Of a stretch of DNA of 64,000 nt, positions 1-9,879 are shown piece after piece. A model generated the notes under the pieces. That model was not told where the DNA came from. It saw only the letters and a program-made list of their open reading frames with translations, and ran no database searches. A program made the translations under genes and the position numbers. How positions within the stretch are numbered: position 1 is the first letter of the stretch; every line of letters begins with the position of its first letter. The stretch comes from Alphaproteobacteria bacterium (GTDB lineage: Bacteria > Pseudomonadota > Alphaproteobacteria > Caulobacterales > Hyphomonadaceae): NCBI GenBank assembly GCA_018222605.1, contig JAAEZZ010000006.1, forward strand, positions 18,071 to 82,070, in the 5' to 3' direction.

Positions 1-1
1 A

Positions 2-154
2 AATTGCTATCACGCCTATCCGGCCCATGCGGCCTTCGGCGGCTACAAACAATCCGGCATCGGACGTGAAAACCACGCCAAGATGCTGGACCATTACCAG
101 CAGACCAAGAACATGCTGGTGTCCTACTCTCCGAAAAAGCTCGGCTTCTTCTGA
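2..154 (+). CDS. aldehyde dehydrogenase, C-terminal fragment (gene begins left of the window)
   Basis: Frame 2 reads [50 protein letters not shown], then TGA at 152-154. [11 protein letters not shown] is the conserved ALDH C-terminal block. It is absent from the ORF track because there is no start in the window. Confidence 0.8.
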   Translation, partial: NCYHAYPAHAAFGGYKQSGIGRENHAKMLDHYQQTKNMLVSYSPKKLGFF

Positions 155-263
155 GAGGTGGTGTGATGCGTGGCGGCGCCGGTTTGTGGTCCGGTGCCGC
201 CCCGTATGCCGCTGATGGCCAGTTCTTCCCCCTCACCACCGCATTGCAAGGAAAGAGATCCCC

Positions 264-1292
264 ATGACAGAGTCCACGATGAAGGCCGCAGTTGTGCGCG
301 AATTCGGCAAGCCGCTGGTCATTGAAGAGGTGAAAACGCCGCAGCCTGGCCCCGGTGAAATTCAGGTCAAGATCGAGGCTTGCGGCGTGTGCCATACAGA
401 TTTGCACGCCGCGCATGGCGACTGGCCGGTGAAGCCTGAGCCGCCTTTCATTCCTGGCCATGAAGGCGTTGGCTATGTTTCTGGCGTGGGCGCAGGCGTG
501 ACCCATGTGAAGGAAGGTGACCGGGTGGGCGTGCCGTGGCTGTACTCCGCTTGCGGACATTGTGAGCATTGTCTTGGTGGGTGGGAGACCCTGTGCGAGA
601 GCCAGCAGAACACCGGCTATTCGGTCAATGGCGGCTTTGCAGAATATGTGATTGCTGACCCGAACTATGTGGGCCATTTGCCCAAGGATATTTCCTTTGT
701 GGAGATTGCGCCTGTCCTGTGCGCCGGCGTGACAGTCTATAAGGGTCTCAAGATGACGGACACCAAACCTGGCGACTGGGTGGTGATTTCCGGCGTGGGC
801 GGCCTCGGCCATATGGCTGTGCAATATGCGAAAGCGATGGGACGGCGCGTTGCGGCAGTGGATATTGACCCGTCAAAACTGGCGCTGGCGAAGCAGCTTG
901 GCGCGGAAGTGACCGTGAATGCCATGGAAACAGACCCGGCGAAATTCCTGCGCAAGGAAATTGGTGGCGCCCATGGCGCACTTGTGACGGCTGTGTCACC
1001 GAAGGCCTTCGAACAGGCGCTGGGCATGGTACGCCGAGGCGGGACGGTTTCCTTGAATGGTCTGCCGCCGGGGGATTTCCCGCTGCCAATCTTTGACATG
1101 GTTCTGAATGGCATCACGGTGCGTGGATCAATTGTCGGTACACGGCTGGACTTGCAGGAATCGCTGGACTTCGCGGCAGCTGGCGCGGTGCGGGCCCATA
1201 CGGCGACGGCGCGCCTGGAAGAGATCAATGATGTCTTCGGCAAAATGGTGGAAGGACAGATAGATGGGCGGATCGTCCTCGACTTCGCCTGA
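264..1292 (+). CDS. zinc-dependent alcohol dehydrogenase (AdhP-like, 342 aa)
   Basis: Catalytic and structural zinc motifs are present: [15 protein letters not shown] and [16 protein letters not shown] Rossmann GVGGLGH motif is also present. Confidence 0.95.
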   Translation: MTESTMKAAVVREFGKPLVIEEVKTPQPGPGEIQVKIEACGVCHTDLHAAHGDWPVKPEPPFIPGHEGVGYVSGVGAGVTHVKEGDRVGVPWLYSACGHCEHCLGGWETLCESQQNTGYSVNGGFAEYVIADPNYVGHLPKDISFVEIAPVLCAGVTVYKGLKMTDTKPGDWVVISGVGGLGHMAVQYAKAMGRRVAAVDIDPSKLALAKQLGAEVTVNAMETDPAKFLRKEIGGAHGALVTAVSPKAFEQALGMVRRGGTVSLNGLPPGDFPLPIFDMVLNGITVRGSIVGTRLDLQESLDFAAAGAVRAHTATARLEEINDVFGKMVEGQIDGRIVLDFA

Positions 1293-1656
1293 CACACCGG
1301 AGCGCGTGATCGCGACGGCCGCGGCACGCGCCTTGATTGCGGAGATCCGGCAGGAGCATCCCGACATCCTGTTTCATCAGTCGGGCGGGTGTTGTGATGG
1401 CTCCAGCCCGATGTGCTATCCGGCGGATGATTTCAGGATTGGCGACAGCGATGTGAAGCTTGGCGAGATTGACGGCGTGCCGGTGTATATTTCCGGCAGC
1501 CAGTTTGAGGCCTGGAAACACACGCAGCTGATCCTGGATGTCGTGCCGGGTCGCGGCGGCATGTTCTCTCTCGATAATGGACGTGAACGGAGGTTTTTGA
1601 CGCGAGGGCGCGTATTCACCGTGCAGGAACTGGCCGCGCTGGACGAGGCGGGCTAG
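1264..1656 (+). CDS. DUF779 family protein
   Basis: It contains [16 protein letters not shown], the DUF779 hallmark. The family typically follows ALDH/ADH genes. It overlaps the ADH 3' end by 29 nt, and an alternative GTG start lies at 1306. Confidence 0.85.
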   Translation: MGGSSSTSPDTPERVIATAAARALIAEIRQEHPDILFHQSGGCCDGSSPMCYPADDFRIGDSDVKLGEIDGVPVYISGSQFEAWKHTQLILDVVPGRGGMFSLDNGRERRFLTRGRVFTVQELAALDEAG

Positions 1657-2786
1657 ACATCCAGCCGCAGCTGGCCGTCGGCATCTTCCAGCGGGCGGAA
1701 AATATCTGTGCGCAGGGGTTTGCGGTTCTGGTTCATGCCCAGCTTGTGCGCCGCGCGGGCAAAGCGTTTGGAGATCAGCTCTGCCATCGGGCCGCGGCCT
1801 GTGCCGCGCTCGAACCATTTGGCGTCATAATCCTTTCCGCCCCGCATCTCGCGCAGCAGGTTGACCACCCGGGCAGCGCGATCCGGCACATGCTGGGCCA
1901 GCCATTCATGAAACAGATCCTTGATCTCATAGGGCAGGCGCAGCAGCACATAGCCCGCGCCGGTCGCACCATGATCTGCGGCGGCCTCCAGCAGGGTTTC
2001 AATCTCGTGATCGTTGAGGCCGGGAATGATGGGCGCTGTCATGACGGTGACGGGAATGCCTGCCTCCGTCAGGGCCTTGATCGTGTCGAGCCGGCGCTGG
2101 GGTGTGGCAGCGCGAGGCTCCATCTTGCGGGCCAGGGTACGGTCCAGCGTGGTGAGCGAGATGCCGACCCGCACGATGGGCGCATGGGACATGGGGGCGA
2201 TCAGGTCTATATCGCGCTGGATGAGGGCTGATTTGGTCAACAGGCTAACAGGGTGACGATAGCGGGCCAGCACTTCCAGCAGGCTGCGGGTCAGGCCAAG
2301 CTCGCGCTCAATCGGCTGGTAGGCATCGGTATTTATGCCGAGTGCGATGGGGCGGGGCAGATAACCAGGCTTTGACAGCTCGCGCTTCAATAGCTCCACC
2401 GCATTGTCCTTGAAGAACAGCTTGCTCTCGAAATCGAGCCCCGGAGACAGCCCACCCCAGGCATGCGAAGGCCGGGCGAAGCAATAGATGCAGCCATGTT
2501 CGCAGCCGCGATACGGGTTTACCGAGCGGTCAAAGTGGATGTCCGGTGATTTGTTGAACGTGATGATCGTGCGGGCGGTATCTTTCATCAGTTGAGTTTC
2601 CAGCCGCCCGGCATCTTCCTCTATGGTGCCCCAACCATCGTCAAAGGCTTCGTGCGTTTCCTTTTCGAAACGGCCTGTCTGATTGGAGATTGCACCGCGG
2701 CCGCGGTGCTGAAAGCGCTCGCTGACCTGCTGCGTATCGAGCAGGGTGACGCGACCTTTGGGCTGGAGTTTCTGACCTGTCCTCAT
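1653..2786 (-). CDS. PA0069-family radical SAM protein
   Basis: It carries the RGRGAISNQTGRFE N-terminal signature and a CEHGCIYCF CxxxCxxC cluster. The track ORF starts at a TTG (2828); the first ATG is at 2786. Confidence 0.9.
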   Translation of the reverse strand: MRTGQKLQPKGRVTLLDTQQVSERFQHRGRGAISNQTGRFEKETHEAFDDGWGTIEEDAGRLETQLMKDTARTIITFNKSPDIHFDRSVNPYRGCEHGCIYCFARPSHAWGGLSPGLDFESKLFFKDNAVELLKRELSKPGYLPRPIALGINTDAYQPIERELGLTRSLLEVLARYRHPVSLLTKSALIQRDIDLIAPMSHAPIVRVGISLTTLDRTLARKMEPRAATPQRRLDTIKALTEAGIPVTVMTAPIIPGLNDHEIETLLEAAADHGATGAGYVLLRLPYEIKDLFHEWLAQHVPDRAARVVNLLREMRGGKDYDAKWFERGTGRGPMAELISKRFARAAHKLGMNQNRKPLRTDIFRPLEDADGQLRLDV

Positions 2787-2859
2787 AGCGAGGAGTTCGT
2801 CACAAGAGTCGGAACAAATCAAGAACAAACAGCCAGGTCAGTCCGGATTTCCTGTGAAA

Positions 2860-3267
2860 TCAGATACCCTTCAATTGGTCGAAATTATTGAGCACGCGCT
2901 GGACATGCTCTGGCAACTCACCCTCAAGAATGTCTGACATGTCCTCAGCTGTGGTGCGGCCGGGAGCATTGCTTTGCGGCGAGACGCGGTGCGCCATGGC
3001 CCATGTTCTGAATATGCGCTCTTTCATCTCTTCCTGCAGCACGGTGACCACGGAGACATGACGCTGATCCATGTTGATGTGCATGAAAAGCTGTTCGATC
3101 TCTTTCCGCGGACCCTCCAGGACCTGCAGGAAGTTGAGCCCGTTGAAGAGAAGTATACCGGTAATATCCCGCGCTGCATTATTGCGCTGAGCCGTGGCGA
3201 TGATATTTTCAATGTCGTCAGCCGCAAGCGCGTCAGACGCGGTGCTGACATATATCAGTCGATACAT
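2860..3267 (-). CDS. BLUF domain protein (short blue-light FAD sensor, 135 aa)
   Basis: MYRLIYVSTA...ITGILLFNGLNFLQVLEG...W is the canonical BLUF core. The start is set at the MYRLIY Met (3267) rather than the track's 3393, which overlaps the upstream gene. Confidence 0.9.
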   Translation of the reverse strand: MYRLIYVSTASDALAADDIENIIATAQRNNAARDITGILLFNGLNFLQVLEGPRKEIEQLFMHINMDQRHVSVVTVLQEEMKERIFRTWAMAHRVSPQSNAPGRTTAEDMSDILEGELPEHVQRVLNNFDQLKGI

Positions 3268-3352
3268 GATGTGCCTGTAAATTCCTAACCTGACACCAGT
3301 TTGGACACGCCTTTGCCTGCCATGGCCATAACATAGATTAAATACAGAGTGT

Positions 3353-3949
3353 TCAGCAGCGAGACCAGTCTTTCCAGTCTGTTTGCTCATCAATATCCTG
3401 CAGCTGTTGCATTATTTGCACGCACCAGTTTCCAGGCAGATTTTTTTTGAGGTCTGCCATGGCGTGAGGGCCTGACCAGCGGACGTTCTGGAAGATGGCG
3501 GGCAGGCCGGGGCACTTGTTGAGGCCGAACAGCCAGAAGCCGCCATCCTCTGCCGGGCCGAACACGGCGTCGTTGCGAGCGAGGGCTCTGACGGCCTGCC
3601 GGATCAGGGCAGGGGAAATGTCTGGCGCGTCCGTGCCAATGAAAAGAACCGGCCCATTGGGCGCTTCAGAGAGGCCTTTGGCGAGTTTTTCGGTCAGCGT
3701 GCCGGGGCCTTGGTCATGCCGGGGAAGATGCGCGGGCCATAGGCCGCCGAGGCTTTCACCCAGCGCAGAATGAGGGGAGAGATAGAGATGCGTGTCGCAT
3801 CCGCTGGCAAGGGCGGCGCGCATGGTTCGGGACAGGGTGAAATGCGCGATGCGGCGTGCTTCGGTAAGGCCGACCCCTGCCGCGAGGCGTGTCTTGGCGA
3901 GGCCCATGCGGGGCGGTTTGGCGTAGATCAGCAATCGCGCACGGCGCAT
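3353..3949 (-). CDS. DUF2064 / TIGR04282-type nucleotidyl-transferase-fold protein
   Basis: The N-terminus LLIYAKPPRMGLAKTRLAAGVG matches the DUF2064 pattern. Its start overlaps the stop of the upstream GT2 gene. Confidence 0.8.
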   Translation of the reverse strand: MRRARLLIYAKPPRMGLAKTRLAAGVGLTEARRIAHFTLSRTMRAALASGCDTHLYLSPHSALGESLGGLWPAHLPRHDQGPGTLTEKLAKGLSEAPNGPVLFIGTDAPDISPALIRQAVRALARNDAVFGPAEDGGFWLFGLNKCPGLPAIFQNVRWSGPHAMADLKKNLPGNWCVQIMQQLQDIDEQTDWKDWSRC

Positions 3950-4632
3950 CAGCGGTAGGCCTTTGCCAGAGTTTCCGGCTTTGCGCCTGTCAGGAAGCGC
4001 GTCAGCAGGAAGGCATTGCGCCAGGCTCGCTTGCGCCAGCCGTCGCGTTCATATTTTGCGGCGGATGTGCGGGCCTCTGCATCCAGAAAGACGAGACGAG
4101 ACTTTCCGATGGTGCGCGCAATCATCACATCTTCCATCAGCGGAGCGTCCGGATAACCGCCGATCCGATCGTAAAGCTGGCGAGAGATCAGCAGGCCCTG
4201 ATCACCATAGGGCAGGCCGAGCCAGCGGGCGCGGCGGTTGGCACGCTTTTCCAGCCAGCGGGCTGCACGGGCATCGGAGCGGTATTTCAGGGTGAAGGCG
4301 GCGGCCTTGTCCGGCCGTGTGTCGATATGATTGCCGACGCGTTCCGCCCAGTCCCGCGAGAGCTGTGTGTCGGCGTGGAGGAAGAGCAGCCAGTCTCCGC
4401 GCGCAGGTTTCGCCCCGGCGGCTAGCTGAGCGCCGCGCCCTTTTGCGCCCGTGATAAGCGTGGCGCCCGTATCACCAGCAATCCGGGCCGTCGCATCCTC
4501 CGAGCCGCCATCAGTGACAATCACTTCACGGATCAGCCCCAGTTCCAGCCCCGGCATCAGGCTTTGCAGGCAGCCCGGCAGGCCTTCAGCGGCGTTCAGT
4601 GTGGGGATGATGATGGATAGCGGAGCAGGCAT
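3949..4632 (-). CDS. family 2 glycosyltransferase (TIGR04283-type)
   Basis: Motifs seen are SIIIPTLNAAE, VTDGGSEDAT, LLFLHADT and GDQGLLISR...LMEDV. Confidence 0.85.
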   Translation of the reverse strand: MPAPLSIIIPTLNAAEGLPGCLQSLMPGLELGLIREVIVTDGGSEDATARIAGDTGATLITGAKGRGAQLAAGAKPARGDWLLFLHADTQLSRDWAERVGNHIDTRPDKAAAFTLKYRSDARAARWLEKRANRRARWLGLPYGDQGLLISRQLYDRIGGYPDAPLMEDVMIARTIGKSRLVFLDAEARTSAAKYERDGWRKRAWRNAFLLTRFLTGAKPETLAKAYR

Positions 4633-4716
4633 GCGAGCGGTCTATCAGGAAGCGAAGAGAAGAGGAACAAGTCGCGGTTTTAAGCATTATTCGGGCAGAC
4701 GAAAGGATTCCCTCAC

Positions 4717-5193
4717 ATGCCTACGATTTATGAAACCCTGAAGACTGATCACGACAAGCATCGCGACCTGCTTTCCCGTCTGGCTGAGACCGAAGGGGAC
4801 TCGCCGGAACGCAAGAAACTCTGGAAGGAATTCTATTATGATGTCGGCGGTCATGCCGCCGCCGAAGAAGAAACCTTCTACAGCCCGCTGATGGAGACCG
4901 AAGATGGCCAGCCAAAGGGCCGCCACTCGGTTGCCGAGCACAAGGAGCTGGACGACATCATCCAGGAACTGGAAGAGATGGATATGAGTTCCCCCGGCTG
5001 GCTGACGCGCTTCAAGACGCTGCGCCATGATTATGAGCATCATATTGATGAGGAAGAGACAGAGATCTTCCCGGTCGCCCACGAAACGATCGGCGATGAT
5101 GAGTCGGGCGAAATGGCCGCTGCCTTCAAAAAGCGCAAGCAGGAAGAGATGGACCTGGTCGACGAAAAGGCCGAGGCCGCTCTCGAAGAATAG
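4717..5193 (+). CDS. hemerythrin HHE cation-binding domain protein
   Basis: Spaced His/Glu pairs are present: DHDKHRDLL, HAAAEEETFY, EHKELDD and HHIDEEETEIFP. Confidence 0.8.
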   Translation: MPTIYETLKTDHDKHRDLLSRLAETEGDSPERKKLWKEFYYDVGGHAAAEEETFYSPLMETEDGQPKGRHSVAEHKELDDIIQELEEMDMSSPGWLTRFKTLRHDYEHHIDEEETEIFPVAHETIGDDESGEMAAAFKKRKQEEMDLVDEKAEAALEE

Positions 5194-5196
5194 GCG

Positions 5197-5985
5197 CTAG
5201 CCGCCCAACTCTTCCAACCGCTTTTCAACGAGCAGCAAATCCCGCCAAGCGCGGGATTTGTCTTGTGGGCGGCGCAAAAGATAGGCGGGGTGCAGGATCG
5301 GGATGAGGGGCACGCTGAAGCCGCTGGCCGTTGTGTAGACATGCTCTGTGCCGCGCAGACGCATAATGCCGTTTGAACTGTCCAGCAGATATTTGGCTGG
5401 TACGCCGCCTGCCGCTACGATCAGGGTCGGCTTTACCAATTCAATCATACGGTCCACGAAGGGATGGCAGACGGCCAGTTCCTCGTCTTCCGGATTGCGG
5501 TTTCCGGGTGGGCGCCAATAGTTCACATTCGTGATGAAGGCATTTTCGGCCCGGTCGCGATGAATGGCGGCCAGCATCTTGTCCAGCAATTGACCGGCCT
5601 TACCGACAAAGGGCAGGCCCTTGCGATCCTCTTCCGCGCCGGGGCCTTCGCCGATCACCATCAGGCTGGCGCCTGGTGTGCCATCATAGACAACGGTGTT
5701 TTCCGCGCCCTGTTTCAGCGGGCTGCCATCAAACTGTTCAATCGCGGCTTTCAATGCTTCGACCGAATCGCAGGCAGTCGCAGCCTTTTCTGCCTCTTCG
5801 ACCCAATTGATCTTCTTGCGGCGAGGCCGTCGGACAGGCGCGGCCGCAGCGGCTCCGGCAGGCGGCGCAGCACGCTCTGCGACCTTCAAATAAGCCTGTA
5901 CCGTGGCGTCATCGACCTCCACGCCCATGTCATCCCACCACTCGGCGAGTGCCTTAAATGCATCAATTGACGCAGGGGTTGGCAT
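5197..5985 (-). CDS. uracil-DNA glycosylase, family 4, with N-terminal extension
   Basis: Motifs GEGPGAEEDRKGLPFVGKAGQLLD and HPAYLLR are present. It is convergent with the hemerythrin gene, 3 nt apart. Confidence 0.9.
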   Translation of the reverse strand: MPTPASIDAFKALAEWWDDMGVEVDDATVQAYLKVAERAAPPAGAAAAAPVRRPRRKKINWVEEAEKAATACDSVEALKAAIEQFDGSPLKQGAENTVVYDGTPGASLMVIGEGPGAEEDRKGLPFVGKAGQLLDKMLAAIHRDRAENAFITNVNYWRPPGNRNPEDEELAVCHPFVDRMIELVKPTLIVAAGGVPAKYLLDSSNGIMRLRGTEHVYTTASGFSVPLIPILHPAYLLRRPQDKSRAWRDLLLVEKRLEELGG

Positions 5986-6078
5986 ATGGACGCTCTGGAC
6001 CTTCTTGATAGACGCTGTAATTGCTTAAACAAATGGGCTTAGAGCGGGCACCTTATCACCCGCAAGGAGGAGAAACCA

Positions 6079-7761
6079 ATGGCTGATGACGCTATTGAGC
6101 GCGAGTCGATGGAATATGATCTGGTCATTGTCGGTGGCGGACCGGCTGGCCTGTCGGCAGCAATTCGCTTCAAACAACTGGCCAATGAGGCTGGCGAGGA
6201 TCTCTCGGTCGTCGTGATCGAGAAGGGCGGCGAGATCGGCGCGCACATTCTTTCCGGCGTGGTGATGGACCCGGTCGGTCTGGACAAGCTGTTGCCGGGC
6301 TGGCGTGAGCGCGATGATCGCCCGCTGAAAACCGAAGTGACGGCTGACAAGTTCAAATTCCTGGGGCCGAACGGCGAGGCCGATATTTCCTGGCTGCCAA
6401 TGCCGGGCTTTATGAAAAACCATGGCAACTTCACCGGCTCGCTGGCAAATGTTGCGCGCTGGCTGGGCCAGGAAGCTGAAAATCTCGGCGTGGAAGTCTT
6501 CCCGGGCTTTGCCGCATCTGATCTGGTTCTGGGTGAGAATGGCGAAGTGAAGGGCATCGTAGCCGGCGTCATGGGCATTGCAGCTGATGGCTCCCACAAG
6601 CCGGACTATGAGCCGGGCATGGAATTGCTGGGCAAGTATGTGCTGTTCGCTGAAGGCGCGCGCGGCTCTCTCACCAAGCAGCTGATTGCCAAGTTCAACC
6701 TGGATGAAGGCCGCGACCCGCAGAAATTCGGCATTGGCCTGAAAGAGCTGTGGTCTGTTCCGGAAGAGAATTTCCAGGAAGGGTATGTCCAGCACACAAT
6801 GGGCTGGCCGCTGGACAATTCCACCGGCGGCGGAAGCTTCCTCTACCATTTCCGCGACAATGGCGAGCCGTTCATCTCGGTCGGCTTTGTGGTGCACCTT
6901 AACTACGCCAACCCGTACATCTCGCCGTATCAGGAATTCCAGCGCTTCAAGCACCATGACTCCGTGCTGCCGCACCTGAAGGGTGGCAAGCGCGTGGCCT
7001 ATGGCGCGCGGGCGATCACCGAGGGCGGCTTCCAGTCCGTTCCGAAGCTGGCCTTCCCGGGCGGCGCGCTGATCGGGTGTGGCGCAGGCTTCGTCAACGT
7101 GCCGCGCATCAAGGGCAGCCACAACGCCATCCTGACCGGCATGATGGGCGCGGAAGCCGCGTTCGAAGCCATCAAGGAAGGCCGTCAGGGTGATGTGCTG
7201 ACTTCCTATGAAGACGCTTACAAGAAGTCTTCCGTCTACAAGGAGCTGAAGCAGGTGCGGAACGTGAAGCCGCTCTGGTCGAAGCTCGGTACAGTTCTCG
7301 GCATTCCGATGGGCGGCCTGGAAATGTGGATTTCCAGCCTTTTCGGCGGTTTCTCCTTCTTCGGTACGCTGAAGCACGGCAAGACCGATGCGGCGAGCCT
7401 GAAGCCGGCGAAGAACTTCAAGCCTATCGACTATCCGAAGCCCGATGGCGTGATCAGCTTCGACAAGCTGACCAATGTGTCCTTCACCAATACTTATCAC
7501 GGCGAAGACCAGCCGGTTCACCTGGTCGTGAAGGACATGGCGCTGCAGAAGGCTTCCGAGCATGATGTTTATGCGGGCCCGTCCGCGCGGTACTGCCCGG
7601 CAGGTGTGTATGAGTGGATCGAGGAGGGCGGCGAGCTGAAGTTCCAGATCAACTCCCAGAACTGCATTCACTGCAAGACCTGCGACATCAAGGATCCGAA
7701 TCTGAACATTAACTGGACCGTGCCGGAAGGCGGCGGTGGGCCAGCCTATCCGAATATGTAA
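6079..7761 (+). CDS. electron-transfer flavoprotein:ubiquinone oxidoreductase
   Basis: FAD motif DLVIVGGGPAGLSAA and the C-terminal ferredoxin-like CIHCKTCDIKDP are present, with an AAGGAGG ribosome-binding site upstream. Confidence 0.97.
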   Translation: MADDAIERESMEYDLVIVGGGPAGLSAAIRFKQLANEAGEDLSVVVIEKGGEIGAHILSGVVMDPVGLDKLLPGWRERDDRPLKTEVTADKFKFLGPNGEADISWLPMPGFMKNHGNFTGSLANVARWLGQEAENLGVEVFPGFAASDLVLGENGEVKGIVAGVMGIAADGSHKPDYEPGMELLGKYVLFAEGARGSLTKQLIAKFNLDEGRDPQKFGIGLKELWSVPEENFQEGYVQHTMGWPLDNSTGGGSFLYHFRDNGEPFISVGFVVHLNYANPYISPYQEFQRFKHHDSVLPHLKGGKRVAYGARAITEGGFQSVPKLAFPGGALIGCGAGFVNVPRIKGSHNAILTGMMGAEAAFEAIKEGRQGDVLTSYEDAYKKSSVYKELKQVRNVKPLWSKLGTVLGIPMGGLEMWISSLFGGFSFFGTLKHGKTDAASLKPAKNFKPIDYPKPDGVISFDKLTNVSFTNTYHGEDQPVHLVVKDMALQKASEHDVYAGPSARYCPAGVYEWIEEGGELKFQINSQNCIHCKTCDIKDPNLNINWTVPEGGGGPAYPNM

Positions 7762-7788
7762 TCTGTGAGATTACAATGACTTCAGATA

Positions 7789-7822
7789 AGCGCGGCAGGC
7801 CTGAAACCTGCCGCGCTTTCTC
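7789..7822 (+). terminator. rho-independent terminator after the ETF-QO gene
   Basis: There is a perfect 11-bp stem, AGCGCGGCAGG / CCTGCCGCGCT, with a 7-nt loop, followed by a T-containing tail. Confidence 0.8.
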
Positions 7823-7897
7823 CATCTAATGCCTTGCTCTTGCCGCATGGCACTGCTTCACTCAGGTTAGTAACCGAACCCGGAGTGACTCATTCAC

Positions 7898-9814
7898 ATG
7901 CACCGCCGACTGCTCATCGCCGCTTCCGCCCTGTCCATCTCTCTGGCTTTGGGCGCCTGCGCCACGGAGCCTGCCCCTGCGCGGCCGTCCGTAGAAACCG
8001 TTCAGGCGGAATTCTCCATGCCTCTGTCTGACGCAGCGCTTGCGACTGCCGTGCTGGACGAGGCCAGAAAGCCAGTGGGCGTGGACGCTTATGACATGCC
8101 GGTCGACGCCGTGAAGGCGGGCGACATGGCGGCCTTCCTGCAGATGATCAAGGCGCTGCCGGAGGAAGACCAGAATGCCAGCCCGCTATTTGCGGCTTTC
8201 CTGGCGATTGATCGCGCGGCAGCAGGCGATACCGAGTCTGCCCGCGCCATTCTGGATGCTGCCTCAAGTGGGACGGGCGAGGAGGGCGAGACCAGCTTCT
8301 ATGCCTATCTCGACGCATGGCTGCTGGCATTGGAGAACAAGCCCGATGAAGCCATTGAGCGCCATCGCATGGCGGCGTCTTCCATGCCCGGCCTGACCGG
8401 AGATCTGTCGCTGGCCGCGATGCTGGAAGCGCTGGACCGCCCGGAACAGGCGCTTGCTGTGTATGAGTATCTGACGCCCAGCAAGATTGAGGCGCCCGAG
8501 CACCAGTTTGATCCCAAGGGTCTGCTGTATGGCCATGTGAAGACGGTGATCCAGCGCCATGCGCTGTTGCTGCAGCGTCTTGGCCGTGTGGAAGAGGCGC
8601 AGGCGGTCTACAAGCAGTTGGCCGATGCTGAGCCGGAAGAGGCAATCAGCTATGCCGCAGCAATTGAAAGCCTGAAGACCGGCAAGAATCTGGACAATGA
8701 CCCGCTGAATGTCCGCTCCGCCTTTACCCAGTCTCTTGCGGATGTGTCGCGCGCCCTGCAGGAGCAGCGCTATATCCGCACCATCATGATGGGCGGAAGG
8801 ATTGATGGCTTTGATGACCAGCGTTCGTCCTTCGATCAGATCGCGCTGCTGGTCTATCCGGGCGACAATGATTTGCGCGCGGCCATCATCGCCGAGATGT
8901 ATCAGAGCGCCCTGTATGAGGGCGTGGCCCACGTTGCGCTCAGCGCGCCAGAGCCGACGCCGACGCTGGAGATTTCTGCGGCGCAGGCGCTGATCATGCT
9001 GGGTCGCAAGAATGAAGCTCGCAAGGCGATCGATGCGGCGCTGGACCTGTCGGATGAAGATGATCGCCTTTCGACCCTGTATGGCGCGTTGCAACTGACA
9101 ACGCTGCTGGAAGACGAGAAACAGTCAGTTGAACTGGTCGATGAAGTCATCGAACTGGCAGAAAACCCGGCCGAGCTGGCGGCGGCCCATGGGCTGGCAG
9201 CCGAGATCAACGGGCAGTTTGGTGACCTGGAGCAGGCCGCCATTCACGCTGAAAAGGCCCGCGAGCTGGATGACACACATGATCGCCGCATGATGCTGGC
9301 CGATGCGTTGGGCAAGGTAGACAAGATCAATGAAGCGTTGACCATTCTGAGGACAGAGCGGCTGGCCCGTCCGAACGACCCCTACACGCTGAATTCGCTC
9401 GGCTATTTCCTGATCGTAAATACTGACAAGCTGGATGAGGGGTTCAAGGTGTTGCACCGTGCCCGCGCGCTGGCAGATCGCGATCCCTATATTACGGATT
9501 CCCTCGGCTGGGCGTATTTCAAGCTGGGCCATTTGGATGAGGCGCGCAAGCTGATCGAGATGTCCCGCCAGGAATTGCAGCCGCATCGCCACTGGGAAAT
9601 CGAGACGCATCTGGGTGACATCTATTGGTATCAGGGCGACAAGGACGCCGCCCGTGAAGCCTGGCAGTTCGCGCTGGATAACCATCCGCCGGCAAAGGAG
9701 CGTGCTGATCTGGAAGCGAAACTGGCCAATGGCCTGACAGAGCCTGTTCCGGAAACGCGCAAACTGCCGGATGTCTCCATGAGCGATGGCGCGATTGATC
9801 GACAGGATATCTGA
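7898..9814 (+). CDS. TPR-repeat lipoprotein (638 aa)
   Basis: The signal peptide has lipobox LALGAC. The C-terminal half has TPR-like repeats, for example LNSLGYFL and DSLGWAYFKLGHLDEA. Confidence 0.8.
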   Translation: MHRRLLIAASALSISLALGACATEPAPARPSVETVQAEFSMPLSDAALATAVLDEARKPVGVDAYDMPVDAVKAGDMAAFLQMIKALPEEDQNASPLFAAFLAIDRAAAGDTESARAILDAASSGTGEEGETSFYAYLDAWLLALENKPDEAIERHRMAASSMPGLTGDLSLAAMLEALDRPEQALAVYEYLTPSKIEAPEHQFDPKGLLYGHVKTVIQRHALLLQRLGRVEEAQAVYKQLADAEPEEAISYAAAIESLKTGKNLDNDPLNVRSAFTQSLADVSRALQEQRYIRTIMMGGRIDGFDDQRSSFDQIALLVYPGDNDLRAAIIAEMYQSALYEGVAHVALSAPEPTPTLEISAAQALIMLGRKNEARKAIDAALDLSDEDDRLSTLYGALQLTTLLEDEKQSVELVDEVIELAENPAELAAAHGLAAEINGQFGDLEQAAIHAEKARELDDTHDRRMMLADALGKVDKINEALTILRTERLARPNDPYTLNSLGYFLIVNTDKLDEGFKVLHRARALADRDPYITDSLGWAYFKLGHLDEARKLIEMSRQELQPHRHWEIETHLGDIYWYQGDKDAAREAWQFALDNHPPAKERADLEAKLANGLTEPVPETRKLPDVSMSDGAIDRQDI

Positions 9815-9879
9815 CGCAATTGTCAGGCAGCTGAACCCTTCCACAGGCCATAGGTGCGCCTTACTATCGCCGGAAACCA

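Noticed and set aside
27-215. A 62-aa plus-strand ORF at the left edge.
   Set aside because: It is out of frame with the clear aldehyde dehydrogenase C-terminus that occupies 2-154.
2860-3393. The 177-aa version of the BLUF ORF.
   Set aside because: The first 42 codons overlap the DUF2064 gene's 3' end. BLUF domains begin with the MYRLIYVS strand, so the start is set at 3267.
6025-7671. A 548-aa ORF on the minus strand.
   Set aside because: It is fully antisense to the unmistakable ETF-QO gene. Its sequence is Arg/Ala/Leu/His-rich, typical of shadow ORFs in high-GC DNA. The same reasoning applies to 8264-9094, 11707-12657, 17064-18368, 25066-25956, 32061-33287, 53047-53742, 56006-56797 and 62681-63600.
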